Translations under genes and position numbers: made by a program
Notes under the pieces: model-generated
Told to the model about the DNA's origin: nothing
Seen by the model: the letters and a program-made list of their open reading frames with translations, nothing else
The model's database searches: none
Part shown: positions 1 to 7,845 of the stretch, piece by piece
How positions within the stretch are numbered: position 1 is the first letter of the stretch
Layout of the letters: every line of letters begins with the position of its first letter
NCBI GenBank assembly: GCA_963782055.1
Contig: CAWAIF010000001.1
Coordinates: forward strand, 1-24,047
Direction of reading: 5' to 3'
Origin: an uncultured delta proteobacterium
GTDB lineage: Bacteria; Myxococcota_A; Polyangia; Polyangiales; Polyangiaceae
Length of the DNA stretch: 24,047 nt

Positions 1-590
1 TGCAGCGCCAGGCGCATCGTGGAGCCGACGACCGCGAGCACCGAGGCGAGCACCACCAGCGCGAGCAGGGCCGACGCGGCGACGCCGCCGCGAAGCAGCC
101 GCGCGAGGCGGTCGGTCCAGGCCTGGTACGTCTCCACGTCGTCGACCGCCGGCAGCTTGCCCAGCTTGGCCACCATGTCGTCGAGCTGCGCGTTGGTGGT
201 GTCGGGCTTCACCTCCACCTCGATGGACGCGGGGAACGCGTCGACGGGCAACGCCGCCAGCTCGCCGTTCGGGTCATCCTTCTGCCCGAACTCAGCCTGC
301 GCCTGTCCGCTCGAGACGTACCGCACGCTCTTGACCACCGGCACCTTCGCGAGCGCGTCCTTGAGCTGCGCGACGTCGGCCGGCTGCGCCTCGTCCTTCA
401 GGTAGATGCTCGCGCGCCCCGCGTGCTCCCAGCGCTGCTCGACGGCGTGCAGGTTCGTCACCACCAGCAACGCCGAGGCGAGGCACACGAAGGCGACGGA
501 CAGCGAGAACACCGAGAGGGCGTGCAGCCGCCACTCGCGGAGCATCCCCCGCTTGGCGCGGCGGGTCGTGGCGCTTGACAGGTCAATCAT
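1..590 (-). CDS. ftsX: Cell division permease FtsX (5' part; runs off the window edge)
   Basis: Not in the ORF track because it is open at the edge. Read manually from ATG at 590 with GAGGA RBS: MIDLSSATTRRAKRGMLREWRLHALSVFSLSVAFVCLASALLVVTNL... It has an N-terminal TM helix, the FtsX-like extracellular motif AFPASIEV, and lies directly downstream of ftsE. Confidence 0.9.
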   Translation of the reverse strand, partial: MIDLSSATTRRAKRGMLREWRLHALSVFSLSVAFVCLASALLVVTNLHAVEQRWEHAGRASIYLKDEAQPADVAQLKDALAKVPVVKSVRYVSSGQAQAEFGQKDDPNGELAALPVDAFPASIEVEVKPDTTNAQLDDMVAKLGKLPAVDDVETYQAWTDRLARLLRGGVAASALLALVVLASVLAVVGSTMRLAL

Positions 591-602
591 CTCGGTCCTC
601 CG

Positions 603-1430
603 TCAGAGGGGCAGCTCGTTGTCGAAGTCGCCGGCGGCGCGCGGCGTGGAGACCCCCGCCCGCACGTCCATCGCCTTGCCGTCGTCCAGCACCACCACGC
701 GGCGAGGCCGCACCTCCAGCAGGGAGCGGTCGTGCGTGGCGAACAGCACCGTCGTCCCCGCCTCGTGGATCTCCTCGAACAGGCCGAGGATGTCGATGGC
801 GAGCTGCGGGTCCAGGTTGCCCGTCGGCTCGTCGGCCAGCAGCAGCGCGGGCTCGCCGACGATGGCGCGCGCCACCGCGACGCGCTGCTGCTCGCCGCCG
901 GAGAGCACCCCCGCCGGGTCGCTCCCCCGCCCCGTCAGGCCCACGCGCTCCAGCGCCTCCCCCACCCGCGTCCGCACCAGGCGCTGCGGCAGCCCCAGCA
1001 CCTCCAGCGTCACCGCGACGTTCTCGTAGACGCTCCAGCTCGTGACCAGCTTGAAGTCCTGGAAGACCACCCCCAGGTTGCGCCGCAGGAAGGGCACCGA
1101 CGTGGGGGTGAGCCGTGCGATGTCGCGCCCCATGAAGAGGATGCGCCCCTGGTCCACCATCTCCGACCGGTAGAGCAGCCGCAGGAGCGTCGACTTCCCC
1201 GCGCCGCTGGGGCCGGTGAAGAAGACGAACTCCCCGCGCTCGATCACCAGGTTCATCCCCCGCAGGACGGGCACGCCCGCCCGGTAGGACTTGTAGACGT
1301 CCTCGAACATCAGGATGGGCCGCTGCGCCGCCTCGCGCCCGAACCGCGCGCCGGGGCGCAGCAGCGGGCGGAAGCCCCGTACCGACTCCGAGTCGTCCCG
1401 CCCGTCGGGGGGATCGTCGACCATGGTCAT
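603..1430 (-). CDS. ftsE: Cell division ATP-binding protein FtsE
   Basis: Walker A GPSGAGKS, VVFQDFKL, signature LSGGEQQRVAVARA, Walker B/D-loop LLADEPTGNLD, ATHD; adjacent to ftsX. Start uncertain (ATG 1430, 1424 or 1310). Confidence 0.93.
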   Translation of the reverse strand: MTMVDDPPDGRDDSESVRGFRPLLRPGARFGREAAQRPILMFEDVYKSYRAGVPVLRGMNLVIERGEFVFFTGPSGAGKSTLLRLLYRSEMVDQGRILFMGRDIARLTPTSVPFLRRNLGVVFQDFKLVTSWSVYENVAVTLEVLGLPQRLVRTRVGEALERVGLTGRGSDPAGVLSGGEQQRVAVARAIVGEPALLLADEPTGNLDPQLAIDILGLFEEIHEAGTTVLFATHDRSLLEVRPRRVVVLDDGKAMDVRAGVSTPRAAGDFDNELPL

Positions 1431-1512
1431 GCTTGCTCGGCTATCAAACCCCCGCGGAATGGGCCAACTTTCCGCGCCCGGGGGCCTCCCGCCCTCCCCC
1501 TCCCACCCCTCC

Positions 1513-1611
1513 CAACACCCCAATCGTTAGCGTGCACATGGGGCAGCCCTTCCCCGAGCACCCCGCCACCTGGCCCGCCCGCAACGCCCAGATCATTAGC
1601 AAGCACACGGG
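1513..1611. repeat. Two degenerate 30-bp direct repeats (1513-1542, 1582-1611) upstream of ftsE
   Basis: CAACACCCCAATCGTTAGCGTGCACATGGG vs CAACGCCCAGATCATTAGCAAGCACACGGG; 23/30 identical, 69-bp period. Confidence 0.6.
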
Positions 1612-1626
1612 AAGGCGGTTCCGGGG

Positions 1627-1645
1627 GAGCGGGGGCGCCCCGCTC
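1627..1645 (-). terminator. GC-rich hairpin overlapping the oxidoreductase stop codon; possible terminator
   Basis: GAGCGGGG-GCG-CCCCGCTC, 8-bp stem; no U-tract. Confidence 0.35.
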
Positions 1646-2537
1646 AACCCGTCGCGGCCGGCATCCCCTGCTCCGCGGCGGCCGCCACCTCCACGGCGGC
1701 CGCCCCCTCCCGCCCGGTCGCCGCGCGCGGCGCCCCGCCTCCCAGCACGCAGCGGATGACGTCCGCGGCCTGCAACGCCAGCGGCTCCCCCTCCTCCCCG
1801 TCCAGCGCGACGGCCTCCCCGTCCCTTCGCAAGCTCGGCACCAGCAGATCCCCCTCGTACTGGTGACCCGCCGCCGTGGCGCGCACCATCCGCTCCCGCG
1901 CCGCCCCCGCGCGCCCCACCGCGATGTGCGCCCGCCGCCCGTCCGCGGCGGTGACGACGATGGACGCGTCGTCCGCGGACACCCGCGTCAGCTCCGGCAC
2001 GACGGACACCGGCGCGCGAAAGAGGAACGCCGCCAGGTCGATATCGTGCACGGCCAGGTTGAGCAGCAGGCTGCCCGCCGACAGCGCCCGGCGAGGCGGC
2101 GACACGCGGCGAAAGGCCAGCGACCGCGGCGGCGCGCCTGCGGTGTACGTCGCCAGCGCGCGGATCGCGCCGTTGAAGCGCTCGGAGTGCCCGACGAAGA
2201 GCCCGACCCCCCGCGCCTCCGCCAGCGCGGCCAGCGCGGACGCGTCCGGCGAGGTCCCGGCGATGGGCTTTTCCACCAGCACGTGCCTGGACGCTGTCAG
2301 CGCCTGCCGCGTGATGGACGCGTGCGAGGCGATGGGCGTGGCGATCACGCAGAGGTCCGCCGCGGCGATGGCGTGCTCCAGCGTGCCGAACGCGGGGACG
2401 CCGCTCTCGTTGGACAGGCGCCGACCCGTCGCCTCGTCCAGGTCGTAGACGCCCGCGAGGCGCGCGCCCGCGGCGGCGGCGAAGACCCGCGCGTGATGGC
2501 GCCCCATCGCGCCGGCCCCGATGACGACGACGCGCAT
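1644..2537 (-). CDS. Gfo/Idh/MocA family NAD(P)-dependent oxidoreductase
   Basis: C-terminal 297 aa of the 1644..4844 ORF: MRVVVIGAGAMGRHH (Rossmann GxGxxG), HVLVEKP, VGHSERFN, LAVHDID. The ATG lies 2 nt after the peptidase stop. Confidence 0.9.
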   Translation of the reverse strand: MRVVVIGAGAMGRHHARVFAAAAGARLAGVYDLDEATGRRLSNESGVPAFGTLEHAIAAADLCVIATPIASHASITRQALTASRHVLVEKPIAGTSPDASALAALAEARGVGLFVGHSERFNGAIRALATYTAGAPPRSLAFRRVSPPRRALSAGSLLLNLAVHDIDLAAFLFRAPVSVVPELTRVSADDASIVVTAADGRRAHIAVGRAGAARERMVRATAAGHQYEGDLLVPSLRRDGEAVALDGEEGEPLALQAADVIRCVLGGGAPRAATGREGAAAVEVAAAAEQGMPAATG

Positions 2538-2539
2538 GG

Positions 2540-4882
2540 TCAAAGGTAGTGGGGGTACTGCGCCGACGAGCCGGGCGCCGCGAGGTGCTCGCGCAGGAAG
2601 GTGGTGATGTCCCGCCACACCGCCGCGGTGAGGCTCGGGTCGCGGACGATGTGCGTCTGCCCGAGCAGCGGCACGAAGTCGAAGGGCTGCCCTGCGCGCT
2701 CGAGGGCGTCCGCCAACTTCAGGCTGTTGTCGAAGTAGACGTTGTCGTCGGCGGTGCCGTGGAAGAGGAGCAGCGGCCGCCGCGACCCCCTGTCCGCCTG
2801 CGCCATCGTGAGCAGCGACGCCGCGTCGTAGGCGGCGGCCTCGTGCTCCGGGAGGCCCATGTAGCGCTCGGTGTACGCCGTGTCGTAGTCGCGCCAGTCG
2901 GCGGGGGGCGCCCCGGCCACGCCTGCCTTGTACAGCTCCGGGTGCGTGAGGAGGGCGTCGGCGGTGAAGTAGCCGCCGAAGGACCAGCCGAACACCCCGA
3001 CGCGTGTCAGGTCGGCCTCCGGCACCACGGAGGGGAGCCCTCGGAGCGCCTCGACGTGGCCGGCCACCGGCACCTCGCCCAGCTTGCCGCGAAGGACGCG
3101 CTCCCAGGCGCGGTCGCGCCCGGGCGTACCGCGCGCGTCGATGCTCACCACGATGGCCCCCGTCGCGTCCGCCAGGTACTGCTCGCGGATGAAGCGCGTC
3201 GCGTCCGCCTGGACGATCTGCACGCCCGGCCCGCCGTACGCCGCGTCGATGACGGGCCGCTTCACGCCGGGGCGCGCGCCGCGCGGCCGCACCACCGCCA
3301 CGCGATACTCCGGCTTGCCCACGCGGTAGATCTCCACGTGAGGCGTCCACTTCGGCATCTGCGCCTCGCTCGGCACCGCCACGCTCCGGGGGCTGGAGAC
3401 GCCACGGACCACGTAGCGCGCGTACGCGCCCGCCGAGGCCTCGCGCGCGACGAACACGTCGTGGCTCTTGCCGCCGAAGTACGCCGTCGTCATGCCCGGA
3501 CGGTTGTCCACCACCGTGGGCGCGCCGCCGTCGAGCGGGACGGAGACCACCAGCTGCTGCGTCGGCTCGGTGCTGGCCTCCACGATGACGCGCTTGTGGT
3601 CCGGGTCGAGATCGACGACGCGTCGGTAGCCCTTGCCCGGGCCGAGGAGCGAGCGCGGGGTGCTGCCCGCGCCGGACACCTCGCGCAGCTCGAGCTCCCA
3701 GGCGCCGTGTCGCTCCGTCGACCAGAGGAAGGACTTCCCGTCGGGCATCCAGCGCGGGACGCTGGTGTCCAGGTTGAGCCACGCGTCGTCGTGCTCGGCG
3801 ACGAGCACCCGCGTCTTGCCGGACCTCGTGTCGACGGCGAGCAGCTCGCCGTTCTGCTGCAGGCGGTCCATCACGTACAGGCAGAGCGGCGCGCCCTCTT
3901 CCCACGTCACCTTCGCGACGTAGGGGAACGCCTTGTTGTTCCACTGTACCCAGACGGGCGCCCCGCCCCCCACGCCGGCGATGCCGAAGCGCACCACCGC
4001 GTTCGGCCGGCCCGCGCGCGGATAGAACGCGTTGTCCGGCGCGCGGCCGGGGTGGGCCAGGTCCGGGATGTGCAGCACGTCCACGCCCGACTGGTCCGCC
4101 TCCTCGAAGGCGACGAGCTTGCTGTCGGGCGAGAGGAAGTACCCGCTCCGCCTGTCGAACTCCTCCTGCGCGACGAACTCCGCCATCCCGTGCGGCTTCT
4201 TCGCGGTGCCGCCGCGGGTGACGGCGCGCTCGCCGCCCTTGCCATCCAGGCGCATGGTGAACACGTCGTTGTCGCGCACGTACGCCACGCGCGAGCCATC
4301 GGGCAGCAGCTTGGCGTCGAAGGCGCCCTTCACGGGTAGCTCGTGCGCCTGGCCGGTCATGCGATCGAAGACGAAGAGGTGGCCCGCGAGCGGGAGCAGG
4401 ATGGCCAGATCGTTCTTCGACACCTCGAAGGACGAGAGGCCGGTGGTCGTCTGCCGCAGCCGCTCGCGCAGCGCGCGCTCGGCGGGGCTGAGGCTCGCCG
4501 GTGTGGCCAGGAGCTTGTCCGGGGCGACCAGCAGGTGAGTCTTGCCCGTGTGAAGGTCCAGCTTGTAGAGCGACTGCGAGGGATCGCGCGGGCCGGAGCG
4601 AAGGAAGAGGACGGACGCGCCGTCGGGGGCGACCTTGATCGCGTGCGGCGTGCCCAGGCTGAAGTGGTGCGTCTCGGCGAGCGCCTTCAGGAACTCGCTC
4701 TCCTCCTGCGCGTCCAGGCGCGGGGGCGGTGCTGCCTGCGCAGGCGGCGCGGCGGAGGCGCTGCTCGCCGCGGTCTTGCCCGCCAGGTGTTGCAGCAGGC
4801 CTCCGTGGCCGACGGCGGTCTCCGGCGGAGGCGGCGCCGCGCACGCGGCAGAGAGAAGCAAGAGGGCGATCCCGGCACGCAT
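2540..4882 (-). CDS. S9B family dipeptidyl peptidase IV-like serine peptidase, probable lipoprotein
   Basis: DPP-IV N-terminal propeller motifs (AEFVAQEEFDRRSGY, YPRAGRPN), nucleophile GWSFGG, YDTAYTERYMG, HGTADDNV, GQTH; lipobox LSAAC after the ATG at 4882. Confidence 0.93.
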   Translation of the reverse strand: MRAGIALLLLSAACAAPPPPETAVGHGGLLQHLAGKTAASSASAAPPAQAAPPPRLDAQEESEFLKALAETHHFSLGTPHAIKVAPDGASVLFLRSGPRDPSQSLYKLDLHTGKTHLLVAPDKLLATPASLSPAERALRERLRQTTTGLSSFEVSKNDLAILLPLAGHLFVFDRMTGQAHELPVKGAFDAKLLPDGSRVAYVRDNDVFTMRLDGKGGERAVTRGGTAKKPHGMAEFVAQEEFDRRSGYFLSPDSKLVAFEEADQSGVDVLHIPDLAHPGRAPDNAFYPRAGRPNAVVRFGIAGVGGGAPVWVQWNNKAFPYVAKVTWEEGAPLCLYVMDRLQQNGELLAVDTRSGKTRVLVAEHDDAWLNLDTSVPRWMPDGKSFLWSTERHGAWELELREVSGAGSTPRSLLGPGKGYRRVVDLDPDHKRVIVEASTEPTQQLVVSVPLDGGAPTVVDNRPGMTTAYFGGKSHDVFVAREASAGAYARYVVRGVSSPRSVAVPSEAQMPKWTPHVEIYRVGKPEYRVAVVRPRGARPGVKRPVIDAAYGGPGVQIVQADATRFIREQYLADATGAIVVSIDARGTPGRDRAWERVLRGKLGEVPVAGHVEALRGLPSVVPEADLTRVGVFGWSFGGYFTADALLTHPELYKAGVAGAPPADWRDYDTAYTERYMGLPEHEAAAYDAASLLTMAQADRGSRRPLLLFHGTADDNVYFDNSLKLADALERAGQPFDFVPLLGQTHIVRDPSLTAAVWRDITTFLREHLAAPGSSAQYPHYL

Positions 4883-4889
4883 GGCGCGG

Positions 4890-4918
4890 ACGTTAGCGCG
4901 CACGGGCGGGCATCTCAA
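4890..4918 (-). promoter_or_regulatory. Sigma70-type promoter of the S9 peptidase (probably leaderless mRNA)
   Basis: Minus strand TTGAGA-17 nt-TAACGT-7 nt-ATG; no RBS. Confidence 0.6.
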
Positions 4919-4956
4919 TCACCAGGCCGGGGCCTCGATCGCCCCGCGCCGACGGG

Positions 4957-5535
4957 TCAGCATGCCGGCGCGGGGCTTCCGGCCGGCCACGCTCCTCGCG
5001 CCGACCGCCGTCGCGCGCGGCGCGCTCGGTCCAGATCGCGCTGCCACCAGAAGCTGCCGACGCGGTCGAGGTCGGCCTCGTCGCCGAAGCCGTTGCGGAT
5101 GCGCAAGCAGAGCACCTCCAGGTGCCGGCGGGCTCGAGCGCACGCGCGCACGTCAGGCCAGCGACGCTCGCCGGGCGCGAGGGCGCCGTCCAGCGCCATG
5201 CCCACGTGGCCGACGAGGACCAGCCCGAAGAAGGCGCGCCGCACGCGACGCCGGCCTTCCGGCGTCAACTCCACGAGCACGTCGCGCCCGTCCCGCCGCC
5301 GCTCGACCAGCCCCAGCCGCTCGAGGGACCGCATCATGACGCTGATGGTGGACCGAGCCACGCCGAGAGCGCGCCGGAGGTGGCTCTGCAGGTGGACGCA
5401 GCGCGTCCCGAGCCGATACAGCGCGTCCAGAAGCTCGAACCGCGCTGCGGTGAGCCCCATCGCTGCCAGCGCCCGCCGCGTCAGCTTGAGTGTGGCGTAG
5501 TAAGCCCGCTTGATCGTGAAGAACACAGGGTGCAT
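4957..5535 (-). CDS. MarR-family winged-helix transcriptional regulator
   Basis: GLTAARFELLDAL, LRRALGVARSTISVMMRSLERLGLVERR, DGRDVLVELTPEGRR (wHTH and wing). Start ATG 5535 (or 5559); the C-terminal ~35 aa are of doubtful quality. Confidence 0.85.
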   Translation of the reverse strand: MHPVFFTIKRAYYATLKLTRRALAAMGLTAARFELLDALYRLGTRCVHLQSHLRRALGVARSTISVMMRSLERLGLVERRRDGRDVLVELTPEGRRRVRRAFFGLVLVGHVGMALDGALAPGERRWPDVRACARARRHLEVLCLRIRNGFGDEADLDRVGSFWWQRDLDRARRARRRSARGAWPAGSPAPAC

Positions 5536-5590
5536 GCGCCCTGCTGGAGCACACCCCATGCCACCCCTCCCCCCCGCGAGATTCGAGGGG

Positions 5591-5628
5591 AAACGTCGAA
5601 GTGCAGGGATGCTTGCAATGCGACGTTT
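5591..5628. promoter_or_regulatory. 38-bp imperfect palindrome upstream of the MarR gene; candidate operator
   Basis: AAACGTCGAAGTGCAGG-GATG-CTTGCAATGCGACGTTT; arms match 14/17, outer 8 bp perfect. Confidence 0.5.
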
Positions 5629-5635
5629 GGTGTCC

Positions 5636-5786
5636 GGGGACAGGAAAGGGGACAGGGGGGACAGGTCGCGCAGGCTGGCGAGGCGCGCTCGCTCGACAGG
5701 GCGCGTGGACGCGGGAAGGGCGTGCAGGCGCGTGGACGCGGGAAGGGCGCGCCCGCGCGGGACAGGCGGCGCAGGCGGGACAGGCG
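5636..5786. repeat. Patchwork of short G-rich direct repeats between gltG-like and marR
   Basis: GGGGACAGG x3 (5636, 5648, 5657); GGCGCGTGGACGCGGGAAGGGCG x2 (5700-5722, 5727-5749); GCGGGACAGGCG x2 (5757, 5775). Confidence 0.8.
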
Positions 5787-5803
5787 CGCGAGTCGCGGGA
5801 GCT

Positions 5804-7210
5804 TCAGCCGCCGATGCCGAACTTGAACGGGTAGGCGTTGACGTCGCTCGGCGACTCGGCGGTGGGGAAGTGCCACGACTTCACCTGCCGCAGGATGCAG
5901 CCTTCCACGCGGGGGTTGTGGATCGTCGAGCCGGCGACGGACGCCGTGTTGACCAATCCGCTCGGGGCGATCTTCCACGCCATGGTCACGCCGCCCCGCA
6001 GGCCTGGGTTGCGCGCGAGCTCGATGTCGTAGCAGGCGCGGAGCGCGCCCTGGTGCGCCATGACGACGCGGCGAATCTGCTCGGCGCTCAGGCCGCCGTG
6101 CGCGGTGGGGGTGCCGGCGCGCACGCCGACGCGCGCCTCGCCCGTGCCGTGGCCGGTGCCGGTGCCACCACCCGAGCCGCCCCGCCCGTTGCCGCCGTGA
6201 CCGCGTCCGCCCGGCCCGCCCCGGCCCCCGCCGTAGCCCCCGCCCTTGCCCGCGCCCCAGCCCGTGTCCATCGTGCCGGACCCGAAGATCACCCCCGCGC
6301 CGGTGCCGCCGCCGCCCGAACCCACGCCCTTGAGCGAGGTGCCCGGCCCCGAGCCGACGGTGAGCTGCTCCGAGTTCATCGCGAGGGCGTCGGAGACGCT
6401 GTTGATGGTGTTGAGCGTCTGCCGGATCTGCTCGCCCGTCTCCGACTGCAGGACCTCGCTGATGCCGCCGTAGTTGCGCGCCGGCTTGATGTCGCCGGGG
6501 ATCTCCGTCTTGTCCTTGTCGCCGTGGAGGCCGAGCTTGCCCTCGTCCCCCGCCACCTTGCGACCGCCGCCCTGCTTCTTCTTGTCCTTCGCGCCCGGGT
6601 CCTTCACACCCGAGCCGCCCGCCTTCGGGCCGGCCTGCACAGGCTCAGGCTCCTCGAGCACCGCCCGGCGCAGACCGAAGCGCGCCGCGTACTCGTCCGG
6701 ATCGGTGAGCTCGAGCGGCTTGTCGATGGGCGGGGGCGTCATGAGCGCGCGCATCAGGCCCAGCACGCCCACGTGGAGCACTCCGCTGGAGAAGAGGGCG
6801 AGCGCGACGAGCAGCTCCGGCCCCCACGCGTTCGCCATGGGCTGCGCTGCGGTGGCGTACTGGAAGAAGATGCCGAACTGGCCGTACTGCAGCAGCCCGA
6901 AGTCGCCCGGCACCACCGGGATCGGCGCCGCCGACCGCGCGAAGGAGGCCACGTCCTCGTCGCGGCCACGCAGCTTGAGCACCCCCGCCACCGCGCCGCG
7001 CGCGTCCACCTCCCACGCGCCATGCGCGCCGCGCACCGGCGCCGGCGACATGTCGATGCCATCGGGAATGGGGAGGACGGCCCCCGCGCCGTCACCGAGC
7101 TCGAAGGACTCGCCCGCACGCAGCGTACGCAGGGCGAGGACGGTGGTCCCCCAGACCGCGGCGACGCGCAGGACGTGCTGGTTGGGAGCGGTGGGCGCGG
7201 CAGCGGTCAT
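5804..7210 (-). CDS. GltG/NfsG-like protein (TM helix, Gly-rich linker, TonB-C-like AgmX/PglI C-terminal domain), no FHA domain
   Basis: ATG 7210 with GGAGG RBS; N-terminal LRVAAVWGTTVL; TM with SxxxH (LFSSGVLHVG); C-terminal LSAEQIRRVV...LRACYDIELARNPGLRGGV...VEGCILRQVKSWHFP...VNAYPFKF. Confidence 0.85.
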   Translation of the reverse strand: MTAAAPTAPNQHVLRVAAVWGTTVLALRTLRAGESFELGDGAGAVLPIPDGIDMSPAPVRGAHGAWEVDARGAVAGVLKLRGRDEDVASFARSAAPIPVVPGDFGLLQYGQFGIFFQYATAAQPMANAWGPELLVALALFSSGVLHVGVLGLMRALMTPPPIDKPLELTDPDEYAARFGLRRAVLEEPEPVQAGPKAGGSGVKDPGAKDKKKQGGGRKVAGDEGKLGLHGDKDKTEIPGDIKPARNYGGISEVLQSETGEQIRQTLNTINSVSDALAMNSEQLTVGSGPGTSLKGVGSGGGGTGAGVIFGSGTMDTGWGAGKGGGYGGGRGGPGGRGHGGNGRGGSGGGTGTGHGTGEARVGVRAGTPTAHGGLSAEQIRRVVMAHQGALRACYDIELARNPGLRGGVTMAWKIAPSGLVNTASVAGSTIHNPRVEGCILRQVKSWHFPTAESPSDVNAYPFKFGIGG

Positions 7211-7227
7211 CAAAACCTCCAGCGTCG

Positions 7228-7259
7228 AGGATAGCGCAACGAGGGAGGGACAGCGCAAC
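7228..7259 (-). promoter_or_regulatory. Candidate internal promoter of gltG-like with a tandem 12-bp direct repeat
   Basis: Minus strand GTTGCGCTGTCC-N7-GTTGCGCTATCC; the second copy overlaps a -10-like TATCCT. Confidence 0.45.
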
Positions 7260-7389
7260 CCGGGGCAGAGTTCCGGGCCGCCCGCGTCCATCGTTGGCAG
7301 GCGAACGATCGCCTCCGAGGGGGGGCGGGCGTGGAGGGAAAGGGGCGCGGGGGTGGGATGTGTCGCGACGCCGACCCCCGCCAGTCCCG

Positions 7390-7845
7390 CTAGAAAGCCG
7401 GCCCCTTGCGCGTCTCCTTCAGCTCCCCCATGAAGGACCGGTGCCCCAGGTCCCCCGCGGCGAACTCCGCGCGGACGCGGCGCAGGAAGTAGACGAGCTG
7501 CGGGCTGCGCAGGCGCCCCTCGATCTCCATCTCACCGAAGCGGAAGACCCGCGTGCCTCCGTCCAGCGTCTTGGACTCCAGCACGCCGGCATCCCCCTTG
7601 GCCTTGCCGACCGCCGCCGCCGCTATGTGAGGGCCCGCGTCCCTGTCCTTCTCCGCCGCCGCGCCCGCGTCCTTGTGGTGCGCGGGCGCCCTGGGGTGGT
7701 GGCGCGCCGGCGGGTGGTGCACCGGCTTCCGCTTCTTCGCCGGCCCCTTCGCGAAGGCGATGGCGCACGCGAACAGCACGGTGAGCACCACGAACGCGAC
7801 CACGCGACGCGGCCCCCGGACGACGCTCCTGCTTCGCCTGCTCAC
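7390..7845 (-). CDS. GltF/NfsF-like small secreted protein
   Basis: C-terminal 151 aa of the 7390..9219 ORF; GTG overlaps the upstream TGA (GTGA); signal peptide ending AIAFA; C-terminal FRFGEMEIEGRLRSPQLVYF...RSFMGEL resembles the GltF motif; position between gltE- and gltG-like genes. Confidence 0.75.
   Translation of the reverse strand: MSRRSRSVVRGPRRVVAFVVLTVLFACAIAFAKGPAKKRKPVHHPPARHHPRAPAHHKDAGAAAEKDRDAGPHIAAAAVGKAKGDAGVLESKTLDGGTRVFRFGEMEIEGRLRSPQLVYFLRRVRAEFAAGDLGHRSFMGELKETRKGPAF

Noticed and set aside
1513..1611. Possible mini-CRISPR (30-bp repeats, 39-bp spacer)
   Set aside because: Only two copies at 77% identity, no palindromic repeat structure and no cas genes.
1644..4844. 1066-aa ORF suggesting a giant oxidoreductase fusion
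   Set aside because: The first ~770 aa are an Arg-rich off-frame shadow of the peptidase gene; only 1644-2537 is protein-like.
5602..5618. Possible sigma54 promoter (TTGCA) near marR
   Set aside because: The invariant GG at -24 is absent at the required spacing.
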